Source: Planctomycetota bacterium (GTDB lineage: Bacteria; Planctomycetota; PLA2; JAEUHO01). Taken from it: 64,000 nt of DNA. Under the pieces are notes generated by a model. It was not told the origin of the DNA. It made no database searches and was given only the letters and a program-made list of their open reading frames with translations. Both the position numbers and the translations under genes were made by a program. This document shows positions 1 through 10,942 of this stretch, one piece after another. Position 1 is the first letter of the stretch, and each line of letters starts with the position of its first letter. The DNA lies in NCBI GenBank assembly GCA_050248855.1, contig JBFWRP010000001.1, positions 96,001 to 160,000 on the forward strand. The letters run 5' to 3'.

Positions 1-1931
1 TCCGGGTCCCAGGCGAAGCGATCCCCCTTCGGCACGGGCAGGCCGCGCCACACGTCGTCGCCGTCGAACACCGAGGCGTACTCGTCGGCAAACTGCGCGG
101 GCTTCACGGCGGTCCGCACGGCATCCGCGACCTCCTGCGGCGTGGGCCAGAGATCGGCCAGGTGCACGGGACGCCCCTCGGCGTCCTCGCCAAGCGGCTC
201 CTTCACGAGGTCCAGGTCGACGGTGCCGGCGAGCGCGTAAGCCACGACCAACGGAGGCGAAGCGAGGTAGTTCGACTTGACCTGCGCGTTGACGCGGCCC
301 TCGAAGTTGCGGTTGCCGGACAACACGGAGACCACGTGCAAGTCCTCGTCGGCCACGCGCTTGCCCACGTGCGGGATGAGCGGGCCGCTGTTGCCGATGC
401 ACGTGGTGCAGCCGTAGCCCACCAGCGAGAAGCCGACAGCCGCCAGGTCGTCGAGCAGGCCGGCCTCCTCGAGGTAGCGCGTGACGACGCGCGATCCCGG
501 CGCGAGGCTCGTCTTGACCCAGCTCTTGGCCTTCAGGCCGCGCGCGCGAGCCTTCCTGGCCACGAGCCCGGCGGCCAGCATCACGCTGGGGTTGCTCGTG
601 TTCGTGCAGGACGTGATGGCGGCGATCACCACGCTTCCGTGCGTCAGCGTGTCCGGCGCCGTCGCGACGGCCATGGGCGCTGCGGTCGGGGCATCCGAGG
701 TCATCGCGCCCGCCTCGCCCTGGACGTAGGCCGCGCGGAAGCTCTCCTGCATCGCGCCGAGCGGCACGCGGTCCTGGGGGCGCTTGGGACCCGCCAGGCT
801 CGGCTCGACCGTGGCGAGGTCCAGCTCGATGACCTCGCTGAAGACCGGCTCGTCCGTGGGACTCGCGAACAGCCCTTGCGCCTTGGCGTACGCCTCGACC
901 CGGCGCACGTGCGCTTCGCTGCGACCCGTGAAGCGCAGGTAGGCCAGCGTCTCGCCGTCGATCGGGAAGAAGCCCATCGTGGCGCCGTACTCGGGCGCCA
1001 TGTTGGCGAGCGTGGCGCGATCGGCCAGCGTGAGCGCAGGGAGGCCGGGGCCGAAGAACTCCACGAACTTGCCCACGACGCCCGCCTTGCGCAGGCGCTG
1101 CGTCACGGTGAGCACGAGGTCCGTGGCCGTCGTGCCGGCCGGAAGCGTGCCGACGAGGCGTAAGCCCACGACCTGCGGCACGAGCATCGTGACGGGCTGG
1201 CCCAGCATGGCCGCCTCGGCCTCGATGCCGCCCACGCCCCAGCCCAGCACGCCGAGGCCGTTGACCATCGTCGTGTGGCTGTCGGTGCCGACGAGCGTGT
1301 CGGGCCACAGCGCGGGCTGGCCGTCCTGCCGGCCCTCGAACACCACGCTGGCCAGGTGTTCGAGGTTGATCTGGTGCACGATGCCCGTGCCCGGCGGCAC
1401 CACGCGGAATCCGTCGAAGGCTCCGGCGGCCCAGCGCAGGAGCTCGTAGCGCTCGCGGTTGCGCTCGTACTCCAGCGCCACGTTCTGCGCGTAGGCCGTG
1501 GCGTCCCCGAAGTGATCCACCTGGACGCTGTGGTCGATCACCAGGTCGACGGGGATGTGCGGGTTGATGCGCCGCGGGTCGACGCCGCGCTCGGCGCTGG
1601 CGTCGCGCATGGCGGCGAGGTCCACGACACACGGCACCCCGGTGAAGTCCTGCAGCAGGACCCGGGCGGGCATGAAGGCGATCTCCGTCGTGGGATCGGC
1701 TTGGGGGTCCCAGCCGAGCAGGGCCTCGATGTGGTCCCGCGTCACGGTCCGGCCGTCCTCCCGCCGCAGCAGGTTCTCGAGCAGCACCTTCAGCGAGAAG
1801 GGCAGCCGTCGGACCTGCGGGTGCTTGCCCTCGGCCAGGGCCGCGAGGCTGGCCATGGCGTACGACGTGCCTTCGACCTCCAGGGTGGTCCGGGCGCCGA
1901 AGGAGTCGAGGAGGACAGGCGAGGAGCTCAT
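1..1931 (-). CDS. acnA: Aconitate hydratase AcnA (3' part runs off the window start)
   Basis: Not in the ORF track. Manual minus-strand translation from ATG at 1931 (GGAGA upstream) gives LPFSLKVLLENLLR, FMPARVLLQDFTGVP, DLVIDHSVQVD, PGTGIVHQINLE, DTLVGTDSHTTM, NMAPEYGAT, all AcnA/IRP hallmarks. Confidence 0.97.
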   Translation of the reverse strand, partial: MSSSPVLLDSFGARTTLEVEGTSYAMASLAALAEGKHPQVRRLPFSLKVLLENLLRREDGRTVTRDHIEALLGWDPQADPTTEIAFMPARVLLQDFTGVPCVVDLAAMRDASAERGVDPRRINPHIPVDLVIDHSVQVDHFGDATAYAQNVALEYERNRERYELLRWAAGAFDGFRVVPPGTGIVHQINLEHLASVVFEGRQDGQPALWPDTLVGTDSHTTMVNGLGVLGWGVGGIEAEAAMLGQPVTMLVPQVVGLRLVGTLPAGTTATDLVLTVTQRLRKAGVVGKFVEFFGPGLPALTLADRATLANMAPEYGATMGFFPIDGETLAYLRFTGRSEAHVRRVEAYAKAQGLFASPTDEPVFSEVIELDLATVEPSLAGPKRPQDRVPLGAMQESFRAAYVQGEAGAMTSDAPTAAPMAVATAPDTLTHGSVVIAAITSCTNTSNPSVMLAAGLVARKARARGLKAKSWVKTSLAPGSRVVTRYLEEAGLLDDLAAVGFSLVGYGCTTCIGNSGPLIPHVGKRVADEDLHVVSVLSGNRNFEGRVNAQVKSNYLASPPLVVAYALAGTVDLDLVKEPLGEDAEGRPVHLADLWPTPQEVADAVRTAVKPAQFADEYASVFDGDDVWRGLPVPKGDRFAWDP

Positions 1932-2100
1932 GGGTTCTCCGGGGGGACGGGCGCGGCCGCACCGCAGCGGCGGTCGCGCTCCCTTCCCCGGCAGGCTAGG
2001 ACTGCGCTAGCCCCTTCCCAAGGGAAGGCGGCGCGACGGACGGGAACCCGCGCACCCTTCACGGGTCCAACCCGATCCGCCCGGACGGAGGAACCCCCTG

Positions 2101-5100
2101 ATGCGCGCCCTGGGTCTCGTTTCGCTGGCCATCGTGCTGACTGCCGTCGTGCTGCCGCCGCTGCTGGCGGGCGGACGCATCGGCGAAGCCGGGGACGACG
2201 ACCATCCCCCGGTGGCCGACGACGGTCGGGCCGGGACCGTGCGCACCGCGCAGGGCACCGTGCTGGTGCGCCCGGCCGGCAGCCTGCGCTTCACGCCGCT
2301 CGCCCGGGGCGACCTGCTCGCGGTCGGCGACTTCGTCCGCACGGCGGTGCCCGGCGCCCACCTCGCCGAGCTCGATCTCGTCGGCTCGCGCGTCGTCCTC
2401 GGCCCGGGAACGACCGTGCGGCTGGCGGCCCGCGATGCCGTGCACGTCGTCCAGGGCGAGCTCGAGGTCGTGCCCGCGCCCGGGGCCTCCGTCCAGGTGA
2501 CGGGACCGGGGAGCTTCGCGCGGACCGTCACGGGGGCGCCTGCCGCCGAGGGCGGCCTCGCTCCCCGCCTGCAGCTCCGCTCCGACGGACGCGGCGTGGT
2601 CGAGCTCGAGAAGGAGCCGCGCTGGCTGACCAGCTGGCGGGCTGCGGCGGGTGCCGCGTGGGCCGGTGGCCTGACGGCGCAGATCGACGGTCGCGACGTG
2701 GACCTCGCCGTGGTCCGCCACGAGGTGACGGTCGAAGTCCGCGACCAGCTCGCGCGGACGACCATCGAGCAGGTCTTCCGCAACGCGACCGACGTTCGTA
2801 CCGAAGGCACGTTCCGTTTCCCGCTTCCGGCCGGCGCCAGCATCAGCGGCTTCGCGATGTGGATCGGCGACGAGATGGTCGAAGCCGACATCGTCGAGCG
2901 CCAGCGCGCCCGGCAGATCTACGAGGACATCCTGCGTCGCAAGAAGGACCCGGGCCTCCTCGAGTGGGAGGGCGGCAACCTCTTCCAGGCTCGCGTGTTC
3001 CCGATCGAGGCACGTAGCACCAAGCGCGTCCGCGTGCGCTACACGCAAGTCCTGCCGCTCCAGGGCCAGGCCTACCGCTACCGCGTGCCGCTGACCAGCG
3101 AGCTGCTGCGCCAGAAGCCGCTCGAGCACCTCTCCGTCAAGCTGCGGCTGCAGAGCGAGACGCCGATTGCCCGCGTGACGTCCCCGACCCATCCGGTCAA
3201 CGCGCGCACGACGGCCCACACGGCCGACGTCGAGTACATGCTCGAGGGTGCCTCGCCGGACCGCGATTTCGAGGTGGAGGTCGCCCTCACGTCACCGCCG
3301 GACTTGGTGCTGCTCCCCCACCGCCGTGGCGACGATGGCTACTTCCTCGTCCAGCTGCGCCCGCCCACGCCGGAGGCCCAGGGGTTCGAGCGCACCTTGG
3401 TGCCCGAGGGCAAGCCTCTGGACGTCGTGCTCGTGGCCGACACGTCCGGCTCGATGTCCGCGTCGGCCCGTGAGGCGCAGGACCAGCTCTTCCGCGCGTT
3501 CGTGGCCCTGCTCGGCGCCGAGGACCGCGTGCGCCTGCTGGCCTACGACGTGAAGCCCGTGTGGCTCCTCGAGGAGCCGGCGGCTCCCGACGCCCAGGAG
3601 CTGGCCGGCGCGCTCGACGCACTGGCCGCGCGTCGCTCGCTCGGCTGGAGCGACGTGGACGCCGGCCTGGAAGCCGCGCTGGCGGCGGCCCCCGCAGGGG
3701 GCCTCGTGGTGCATGTCGGCGACGGCATCGTCACCACGGGCGACGCCGATCCGCAGGCGGGGGCCGCGCGCTTGGCGGCGCTCGGCGAGCGCTTTCCGGG
3801 ACGTGCGGTCCACGCCGTGGCGCCGTCCTCCACGTACGAGGCGCCCGTGCTCGAGGCCCTGGCGCGCATCGGCGGCGGCTCGATGCGCACGACCGATCCC
3901 GCGGCGCCGGCCAGCACCGCGGCGGCCCTGCTGCGCGACGCGCTGCTGCCGCAGTGGAAGAACCTGAAGCTGCGCATCGAGGGCGTGCCGACGGCTCGCG
4001 TGTACCCCGAGGTGCTGCCCAACACGCCGGCGGGCACGCAGCTGATGGTGCTGGGGCGCTTCGCGCCCACCCAGGGCGACACGCAGGTCACCGTGCACGT
4101 CGAGGGGGACGGCCCCGAGGGTCCGGTCCGTGTCTCGACCCGGGCGGTGCTCCCCGGCACCGACGGCGGCAACGACTTCTTGCCGCGCCTCTGGGCCCGT
4201 CGTCACCTCGACGCCCTGCTCGAACAAGGGCCCGACGCGGAGACGCAGGCCGAGATCGTCGAGTTCAGCGAGCGCTTCGGCATCCTCACGCCGTACACCT
4301 CCCTGCTGGTGCTGGAGAGCGACGAGGACCGCGAGCGCTACGGCGTGGGTCGTCGTGTCCACATGCGCGACGGCGAGCGCTTTTTCGCCGAGGCCCGCGA
4401 CACCGCCGTGCTCGAGGCGCGCCGCGCCGCGCTGCGCGAGGCGAGCGGCTGGCGCACGTGGCTGCGCGCGGCGGCGATGCAGGAGATCGCCGGACTGGGG
4501 CGTGACTTCGGCGTGCCGTTCCCGCCCCCGGACCCGGGCGTCGTGACGCGGGGCGAGGGCGCCGACTCGGCGCTTGGCGAGCTCCTGGACGCCACGCTCG
4601 GCCTGCGCGACCAGCTGCAGGCCGGGAAGCTGCTCGAGCTGAAGCACGAGGGCGGCGAGTGGGCCGGCGGCTTGGAGGAAGAAGCCGAAGGGTCGTTCGG
4701 CCGCCGAGGGGGCGCGTCTCCCGGAAGCGGCGGCATGCCCCCGCCGGCGTCCGCCCCCAGGCCGAGGGCAGCCACGCGTGCCATGGACCAGGGCGACTCG
4801 GTCGATGGGCGGCTGGCCGACCGGGGCCTCTACGCGAGCGAAGAGAGCGAGGAAGGCCTGGAGGCCGCAGCCGCCGAGCCCCAGCTCGCCGGCCCGTCCA
4901 TCGAGGACCTCGACTTCGAAACGGACAACGACGACTACGCCCCGGCCGACCGCCGTGCGTCGCTGCAGCGGGCCCGCAAGAGGCCGTCTGGGCGCCGCGA
5001 GGACCCGCGGCTGGCGCAGTCCAGCTCGCTCTGGGCCTCGCTGCGCACGAGCCCCTGGTGGGATGGCCTGGGGTGGCGCGAGCGCCCGGCACCGGGGCCG

Positions 5101-8100
5101 TCCGCGACGTCGCTCGGCTTCCCGCACGTACCGCCTGATCTGCCCGTGGCCGAGCCCGAGGCGCCCGAGACGCCCTGGCCCGCCGACCTCCGCGAACGCC
5201 TGGGTGCGCTGCTCCGTCGCGCTCGCTTCGTGCCCACCGCGGGCGCCTGGCACGTGACGGTGCTCGAGCGCACGATGCACCCGCTGCGTGGCATCCCCAC
5301 ACATGCCCGTCGCAGCGAGTCGTGGGTAGCGGCCGATGGCTGGTACCAGACGCTGCGCCAGGCAACGTCCGGCAGCGAGGCGGCCCAGTGGTGGCTGCTC
5401 GGCCGGCGCGGCGCCGTCGACGTGATCACGCGGCTGGCCATGACGCGCGCCGGCTCCGCGCGGGACGCGGGCGACTGGGGTCTTCCGCTCGCCGACCTCG
5501 AGAACGACCGCCTGGTGGCGGCGCTCGAGCACTCGCACGACGTCCGCATCACGAGCGACACCGAGGGCCGGGTGACGTTCCGGTTCACGCCGCGCGGTCC
5601 GCGCCCGGGGACCTGGCGCGAATGGGTCGTGGACACGGCGCGCAAGGCCCTCGTGGAAGAGCGCATGGGCGACGAGCGCACGGGCCGCGTCCACTGGCGT
5701 CGCGTGCACGAGGGGCTCGTCGAGGTGGCCGGGGTCACGCTCCCGTCGCGCACGGTGAGCTACGACCGGGACGGTCGCGTCAACGCCGACCAGGCCTTCA
5801 CGTGGGAGCTCGTGGATGCGACCGCGTGGACCGCCGCCGCGGCGCGCCTGGCGAACCCGGGCGAGGACGTGCTCGTGCTGGATGCGGAGCTGGCTTCGCT
5901 CGACGACGCCCGACTCGCCGTGGCCGAGGGCAAGGCCGGGCTCCGGGACCACCTCTCGTTGCTCGTGGACGCGGCCTCGCGGGCCGACGGCGACGCCGTG
6001 GCCACCCACCTTCGCGCCGCGCGCGGCGCGAACCCCGCCACGCCGGAGGCCTTCGACGCGATTGCCCTGGGCGTGCTGGGCCGCGTGCGCCGGCCCGACG
6101 ACATGGCCGCTCTCCGGCCGCGCTTGCTGGCCGACGCCAAGGCCTCGCCGCCGTCCCGCGCCATCGCCCGGGCGCTTCGTGCGCTGCGCGGTCTGGGCGC
6201 GCAACTGGGCGCCAACGAGGTCCTCGCCCTGCTCGAGAGCGTGGCCGGCCTCTTGACGTCGGATCAGGACGTGGTCGTGGCCGAGGAGGCCGCGTGGCGC
6301 GACCTCGTCCACGACCGGGCCCGCCTGCAGGCGCTGGCGCGCGCCGAGCGGCGCCGCGAGGCCGTCGCGTTCCTGGCCGAGCTCGCGGAGCGCTGGCCCG
6401 CCGAGCTGGACCTCCAGCTCGCGTGGTCACGAGCGCTGCGCGAGCGCGGCGACCGGGCCGCTGCGCGTGCGTGGCTGACAGGAGCCCTCGAGCGTGGCGC
6501 ACCGTGGCTGGACCACGAGCTGGACTCGCTCTACACGACGATCACCGATGGCCTCTGGCAGGACCGCCTGCTGGACGACCTCGTCCAAGCCACGACGGCC
6601 TGGACCAGCAAGCGCCCGGACAACCCGGAGAGCTGGAAGCGCGCGGCCACCATCGCGTACTTGACCGGACGCGATGCCGAGACCGACGCCGAGCAGCTCG
6701 GGCTCCTGGCAGCACCTCCGGCCGGCCACGACGACGACGTCCTCGCCGCGCGCCAGCAGACGGCCGTATGGCTCCTGCTGGGCGACGGCTGGCTCTTCGA
6801 CGTGCAAGGCATCCTGCCGCAGCACGCCGAGGCGCTCGCACGCTTCGCGGCGGCTGCGTTCGCACAGGATGGCAGCCCTCCGCCCCGCATGTGGTCGCTG
6901 GCCGGGCGTATCGCCACCCACTGGCGCTTCCGCCGCACCGAAGGCAACCGCCTGCTCGAGGCCGCCCTGCGCGAGCAGCTGCTGGAGGGCGTCACGTCGG
7001 CGACCACCGAGCGTCTGCGCGTCCTCCTGGGGCGCGTCGTCCTTCGCGGCGACGCCCGCGGCGAAGACCGTGCTCGCGTCCTGGAGGCGCTGCGCGCGCG
7101 CCACGCTGCCGCCGAGGCACTCGACGAGCGCGATGCGCTCGCGGACATGCTCCTTGGCTTGCTCGACCAGGCAGGAGAGGGCGAGGCCGCCCTGGACTTC
7201 CAGCGCGGGCGCCTGGCACGCCGTCGCGCGGCCGGGGAACCGGTCGAGGCAATCGTGCGCGACCTCGTGGAGCGCTTGCTGCGCACGGACGATGGCGACG
7301 CCGCCCGCGAAGACGAAGTCGTCGCCCTCGTGGGCACGTTCGCCGGCACCCAGGAAGACCACCGTGCCGCCACGGCCGATGCGGCCTCGTGGTCACGTCG
7401 CTTGGCGGGACGCTTCGAGGACTGGCGCGAGCGCACGGCGCTCGGTTCGCTCGAGGACCTCGCCAAGCTGTCGCGCGAGGCCCAGCGCGAAGCCCGGCGC
7501 GAAGCGCGGGATGCGGCACGGAGCCAGCTCGTGACGCGCCTTCCCGCGTTGGCCCCGGCGCTGCCGGACGCCTTTGCCACGTGGCTCGAACTCGAGGCCC
7601 TGGCCGCAAGCGTCCAGTCCGGTACCGACATCGAGGCGCGCACGGCTGCGGCTCTTGGGCGCCTGGGCGCCGAGTGGGCGCGTGATCGGCGCCCGTCCGA
7701 ACGGGTCCAGCGTGAGCGCTTGGCCACGGCGATCGCGTTCGCCGCGCTGCGCAGGTCGCCGCCCGAAGGCTTGGCCGACCGCCTGCTGGCGGTCCTGGAT
7801 GCGATCCACGAAGCCGATGCGTTCGCCCTCGAGGTCGGGGCCGACGAGGAGGTCGTCGAGATCCTCCTCGATGCCCGCTACCACGTGGCCCGACTCCTGG
7901 TGGCCCTGGATCGCGGGAGCGAGGTCCGCGAGCGCCTTGCCGCGTGGGTCGGCACCGAGGGCTCGTCGTCGCGTTGGACGGTGCTCTTGGCGCACCTCGA
8001 GGCCGAAGCCGGCGATCTCGCGGCGGCCGTCGCACGTCTGGAGCCCCTGCGCACGAGCGGGGCACTCGGCGCGGACGTGCTCGCGCGCATCGGGACGTGG

Positions 8101-10908
8101 CAGCTCGCCCTTGGCGACGACTCCGCCCGCGAGCAGGCACGCCAAGCCGAGATCCAGGCCCTGCAGCCCTGGCAGCTGCGCAACCAGATCCGCTCGCACG
8201 CACGCAGCTTGTCGCGGCGGGGCGAGGCCGCCGGTGGCGAGCTCGAGCCCGCGGCGCTCCAGCTCGTGGAGGCCCTCCTGGCCCGCGTGCCGGACCCGGC
8301 TTCGTACACCGGCGACCTGCTCTCCCTCTACATGCCCACCAAGGACCACCGCGTCGTGGCCATGCTCGCGCCGGGCCTCGTCGGGTTCACCACGGAACGG
8401 GCCTACAGCACGCTCGCAGCGCTGTCCGCCATCGTGGCGTCGGTCCACGAGGAGGCCACGATCGACGTCCTGCGCGAAGCGCTTGCCGGGCTTCGCGATC
8501 GGGCGCAGAGCCCCGTCGACCGCCGCGTGCTCGATCTCGCCGAAGCCCGCGTGGCCGCGCGCGCGGCCGAGGTCCTGATGGCGGACCCGGCCCATGCGCG
8601 GGCCGCCGTGGCCGCGCTCGAGCGGGCGCTGGTCGCCGAACCGGTCGAGGGCGAGAGGTTGCTGCTCGCACGCCACCTCGTCAGCCTCGGGGCCCAGCGC
8701 GACCACGCGCTTGTCGACGTCGTCGTGCGCGGGCTCCGCGGGCTGATGGAGGGTCTGCCGGCGGCTGGCGAGGAGCGCCTGCGCATCGGCACGATGCTCG
8801 CGGGGCTGTTCGGCAACCTGAAGCGCTTCGACGCCCAGGAAGACCTCCTGGCCGGCCTGTGGGGCGAGGTCCGTGCGGCGCGGCCCGCGGAGCTCGATGT
8901 CGCGTCGAGCGAGTTGCTGCGCGCCCTCGTGGACGCGCGGCTGGCGCGAGGACACGCGGAGCGCGCCGAAGCCGCCCTGCTGGCCGAGCTTGCCGAGCGC
9001 CCGGAAGCCCCGGCCGTCGACAGCTGGCGCGAGAAGCTCTTCGACGTGCGCGTGAACGCCCTGCAGCGCGGTCTCAGGACGAGACTCGGCGAGGGTGCCA
9101 CCCTGTACCGCGCGCTGCGCGACGCACTCCGGTCGCGACTCGACGAGGAGGCCGACCGCGCCAGCGAGATCGCGTCGCGACTGGCCCAGGTGCACCAGGT
9201 CGCCGCGCTGCACGCGGCGTTGAAGGCCGTCGCCCGCGACGACCTGGAGGCCTGGTCGCAACAGGCGCTGCCGGCCGTACTGCGCCGCTTGCCCCAACAG
9301 GCCACGGGGGTAGCCGGCACGTTTGCGGGCGCCCTGGCCCAGCTCGGGGACCCGGCCGCGGGCCTCGCCCTGCTGCTGGATCGGGCCGAGGCCGAGCCGC
9401 GCTTCCTGGAGCGCGTGGAGTGGGACGTCGCGTCCCGTCAGCTGGATGCGATGGCCGTGTGGCGCCACGACGCGGGGGCCGTGGCCCGACCGCTGGTGGC
9501 GCGCCTCTTCGCGCTGGTGGAAGCCGCGCTCGAAGCGGCCCTCACGACCGGCGAGCGACACGGCAGTCGATTCTGGAACGCCCATGACCGGTACGGCTGG
9601 TCCGAGCGCTTCGACGACATGCAGGCGTTGATCGAGCGCGTCGTGGAGCGCGAGAGCGACAACGCCTCGGTGGCGTGGCGTGGCGCGCAGATCCTGCACG
9701 GCCCGATGCGCCGTCCGGGTGCCGGCATCGACGTGCTCGAGGCCGCCGTCGGTCGTCTGCCCGACGAGGACAACCTGCGCCGGTCGCTGGCGGGGTGGCT
9801 CCTGGAAGCGGGTCGCGCCTCGCGTGCGCGCCCGCATGCCGAGCTCCTCGTGAAGCAGCGCCCCGACCACTGGAACGACCGCGACCTGCTCGCGCGCGTC
9901 TTGATCGCCGTGCGCGACCAAGCGGCGCTCGGCGAGCTGCTCGACGAGACGGCGCGTCTCTGGCGGGAGAAGAAAGCCTTCCCCTCGGGCACGGCCCGGC
10001 ACCTCGGGGAGCGCGCCACCGAGGGTGGCCTGGGCGATCGTGCCCTGGCCTGGCTGGACGAAGCCGTGCGGCTGAGGCGCGAGGAGCGCGGCGATGTGGG
10101 CGGCCAGGACCACTGGTTGGCCGACACCTACACGTTGCTCGCCCGGGCCCGATCCGCTGCGGGCGACGACGCAGGGGCGTTCGAAGCCTCGCGGGCCGCG
10201 CTCGTGATGACGTCCGCGCGCGATGCCAACCGCGTCCGCGAGGCGCGTCAGGAGATCGAGAAGGTCCTCGCGGGCGCGCGGGACCTCGCCTCCTTGGACG
10301 CGGCCTACGAGGCGGAGGTCGCCGAGTCGGGCTTGGACGCGGCCGTCCTGCGGCAGGCGTTCGCCGCGGTCTGGCGCCAGCAGGGCAGGCTGGAGCGGGC
10401 GGAGCACCACCTGCTCGAGGCCCGCGACGTCGAGCCCGACGACGCCAGCGTGCACGGCGCGTTGGTGGCGCTGTACGACGAGATGAAGCGGCCGGCGGAT
10501 GCGGTGGCCGCGCTCTACGGCTCGATCGAGCTGGCCCCGCTCGGCTACGACGCCTACGAAGACCTCGCGCGGCGTTTGGCGGCTCTCGGCGACGAGGCCG
10601 GGCGAGAACGCGCGCTCACGTCCCTGGCCGAGCCCGCGCCGCACCAGGCGGAAGGACATCGTCGTCTGGGCCGTGCGTTCACGGGCGACGGTCGGTTGGA
10701 CGCCGCGCTCGTGCAGTGGGCGCAGGTCGTTCGCACCGAGCGCCTGGATCCCACCGGCTGGCTCGAGTACGCGGAGGCCGCCGTACGCGCGGGCGACACG
10801 GCCACGGCACGCAAGGCGTTGCAGCACGTCCTGGAAGGAAGCTGGGAAGAGCGCTTCGGCCCCGTCAAGCAACAGGCCGCCGCGCGACTCGCCCGCCTGC
10901 CCTCATGA
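2101..10908 (+). CDS. Giant (2935 aa) exported protein: signal peptide, FecR-like beta region, VIT domain, vWA domain, long alpha-solenoid/TPR C-terminus
   Basis: Long ORF with GGAGG SD and hydrophobic N-terminus. VIT-like ARTTIEQVFRN..EGTFRFPLP..ISGFAMWI..KKDPGLLEW; vWA MIDAS DTSGSM and VGDG; LPRLWARRHL..ILTPYTSLLVLE typical after VIT-vWA; TPR-like helices at the end. Confidence 0.85.
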   Translation: MRALGLVSLAIVLTAVVLPPLLAGGRIGEAGDDDHPPVADDGRAGTVRTAQGTVLVRPAGSLRFTPLARGDLLAVGDFVRTAVPGAHLAELDLVGSRVVLGPGTTVRLAARDAVHVVQGELEVVPAPGASVQVTGPGSFARTVTGAPAAEGGLAPRLQLRSDGRGVVELEKEPRWLTSWRAAAGAAWAGGLTAQIDGRDVDLAVVRHEVTVEVRDQLARTTIEQVFRNATDVRTEGTFRFPLPAGASISGFAMWIGDEMVEADIVERQRARQIYEDILRRKKDPGLLEWEGGNLFQARVFPIEARSTKRVRVRYTQVLPLQGQAYRYRVPLTSELLRQKPLEHLSVKLRLQSETPIARVTSPTHPVNARTTAHTADVEYMLEGASPDRDFEVEVALTSPPDLVLLPHRRGDDGYFLVQLRPPTPEAQGFERTLVPEGKPLDVVLVADTSGSMSASAREAQDQLFRAFVALLGAEDRVRLLAYDVKPVWLLEEPAAPDAQELAGALDALAARRSLGWSDVDAGLEAALAAAPAGGLVVHVGDGIVTTGDADPQAGAARLAALGERFPGRAVHAVAPSSTYEAPVLEALARIGGGSMRTTDPAAPASTAAALLRDALLPQWKNLKLRIEGVPTARVYPEVLPNTPAGTQLMVLGRFAPTQGDTQVTVHVEGDGPEGPVRVSTRAVLPGTDGGNDFLPRLWARRHLDALLEQGPDAETQAEIVEFSERFGILTPYTSLLVLESDEDRERYGVGRRVHMRDGERFFAEARDTAVLEARRAALREASGWRTWLRAAAMQEIAGLGRDFGVPFPPPDPGVVTRGEGADSALGELLDATLGLRDQLQAGKLLELKHEGGEWAGGLEEEAEGSFGRRGGASPGSGGMPPPASAPRPRAATRAMDQGDSVDGRLADRGLYASEESEEGLEAAAAEPQLAGPSIEDLDFETDNDDYAPADRRASLQRARKRPSGRREDPRLAQSSSLWASLRTSPWWDGLGWRERPAPGPSATSLGFPHVPPDLPVAEPEAPETPWPADLRERLGALLRRARFVPTAGAWHVTVLERTMHPLRGIPTHARRSESWVAADGWYQTLRQATSGSEAAQWWLLGRRGAVDVITRLAMTRAGSARDAGDWGLPLADLENDRLVAALEHSHDVRITSDTEGRVTFRFTPRGPRPGTWREWVVDTARKALVEERMGDERTGRVHWRRVHEGLVEVAGVTLPSRTVSYDRDGRVNADQAFTWELVDATAWTAAAARLANPGEDVLVLDAELASLDDARLAVAEGKAGLRDHLSLLVDAASRADGDAVATHLRAARGANPATPEAFDAIALGVLGRVRRPDDMAALRPRLLADAKASPPSRAIARALRALRGLGAQLGANEVLALLESVAGLLTSDQDVVVAEEAAWRDLVHDRARLQALARAERRREAVAFLAELAERWPAELDLQLAWSRALRERGDRAAARAWLTGALERGAPWLDHELDSLYTTITDGLWQDRLLDDLVQATTAWTSKRPDNPESWKRAATIAYLTGRDAETDAEQLGLLAAPPAGHDDDVLAARQQTAVWLLLGDGWLFDVQGILPQHAEALARFAAAAFAQDGSPPPRMWSLAGRIATHWRFRRTEGNRLLEAALREQLLEGVTSATTERLRVLLGRVVLRGDARGEDRARVLEALRARHAAAEALDERDALADMLLGLLDQAGEGEAALDFQRGRLARRRAAGEPVEAIVRDLVERLLRTDDGDAAREDEVVALVGTFAGTQEDHRAATADAASWSRRLAGRFEDWRERTALGSLEDLAKLSREAQREARREARDAARSQLVTRLPALAPALPDAFATWLELEALAASVQSGTDIEARTAAALGRLGAEWARDRRPSERVQRERLATAIAFAALRRSPPEGLADRLLAVLDAIHEADAFALEVGADEEVVEILLDARYHVARLLVALDRGSEVRERLAAWVGTEGSSSRWTVLLAHLEAEAGDLAAAVARLEPLRTSGALGADVLARIGTWQLALGDDSAREQARQAEIQALQPWQLRNQIRSHARSLSRRGEAAGGELEPAALQLVEALLARVPDPASYTGDLLSLYMPTKDHRVVAMLAPGLVGFTTERAYSTLAALSAIVASVHEEATIDVLREALAGLRDRAQSPVDRRVLDLAEARVAARAAEVLMADPAHARAAVAALERALVAEPVEGERLLLARHLVSLGAQRDHALVDVVVRGLRGLMEGLPAAGEERLRIGTMLAGLFGNLKRFDAQEDLLAGLWGEVRAARPAELDVASSELLRALVDARLARGHAERAEAALLAELAERPEAPAVDSWREKLFDVRVNALQRGLRTRLGEGATLYRALRDALRSRLDEEADRASEIASRLAQVHQVAALHAALKAVARDDLEAWSQQALPAVLRRLPQQATGVAGTFAGALAQLGDPAAGLALLLDRAEAEPRFLERVEWDVASRQLDAMAVWRHDAGAVARPLVARLFALVEAALEAALTTGERHGSRFWNAHDRYGWSERFDDMQALIERVVERESDNASVAWRGAQILHGPMRRPGAGIDVLEAAVGRLPDEDNLRRSLAGWLLEAGRASRARPHAELLVKQRPDHWNDRDLLARVLIAVRDQAALGELLDETARLWREKKAFPSGTARHLGERATEGGLGDRALAWLDEAVRLRREERGDVGGQDHWLADTYTLLARARSAAGDDAGAFEASRAALVMTSARDANRVREARQEIEKVLAGARDLASLDAAYEAEVAESGLDAAVLRQAFAAVWRQQGRLERAEHHLLEARDVEPDDASVHGALVALYDEMKRPADAVAALYGSIELAPLGYDAYEDLARRLAALGDEAGRERALTSLAEPAPHQAEGHRRLGRAFTGDGRLDAALVQWAQVVRTERLDPTGWLEYAEAAVRAGDTATARKALQHVLEGSWEERFGPVKQQAAARLARLPS

Positions 10909-10942
10909 CCCCTCCACGGCGGCGTCCGGCTACCCTGGAGGC

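Noticed and set aside
162..3017. Long + strand ORFs 162..1163 and 1275..3017
   Set aside because: Antisense or off-frame shadows of acnA and the VIT gene; Arg/Ala/Gly-rich with no motifs.
3292..10872. Very long minus-strand ORFs (1006 aa, 1159 aa) opposite the giant gene
   Set aside because: Typical stop-poor antisense frames in high-GC DNA; the same applies to 22740..26888, 28202..30745, 56332..59025 and similar.
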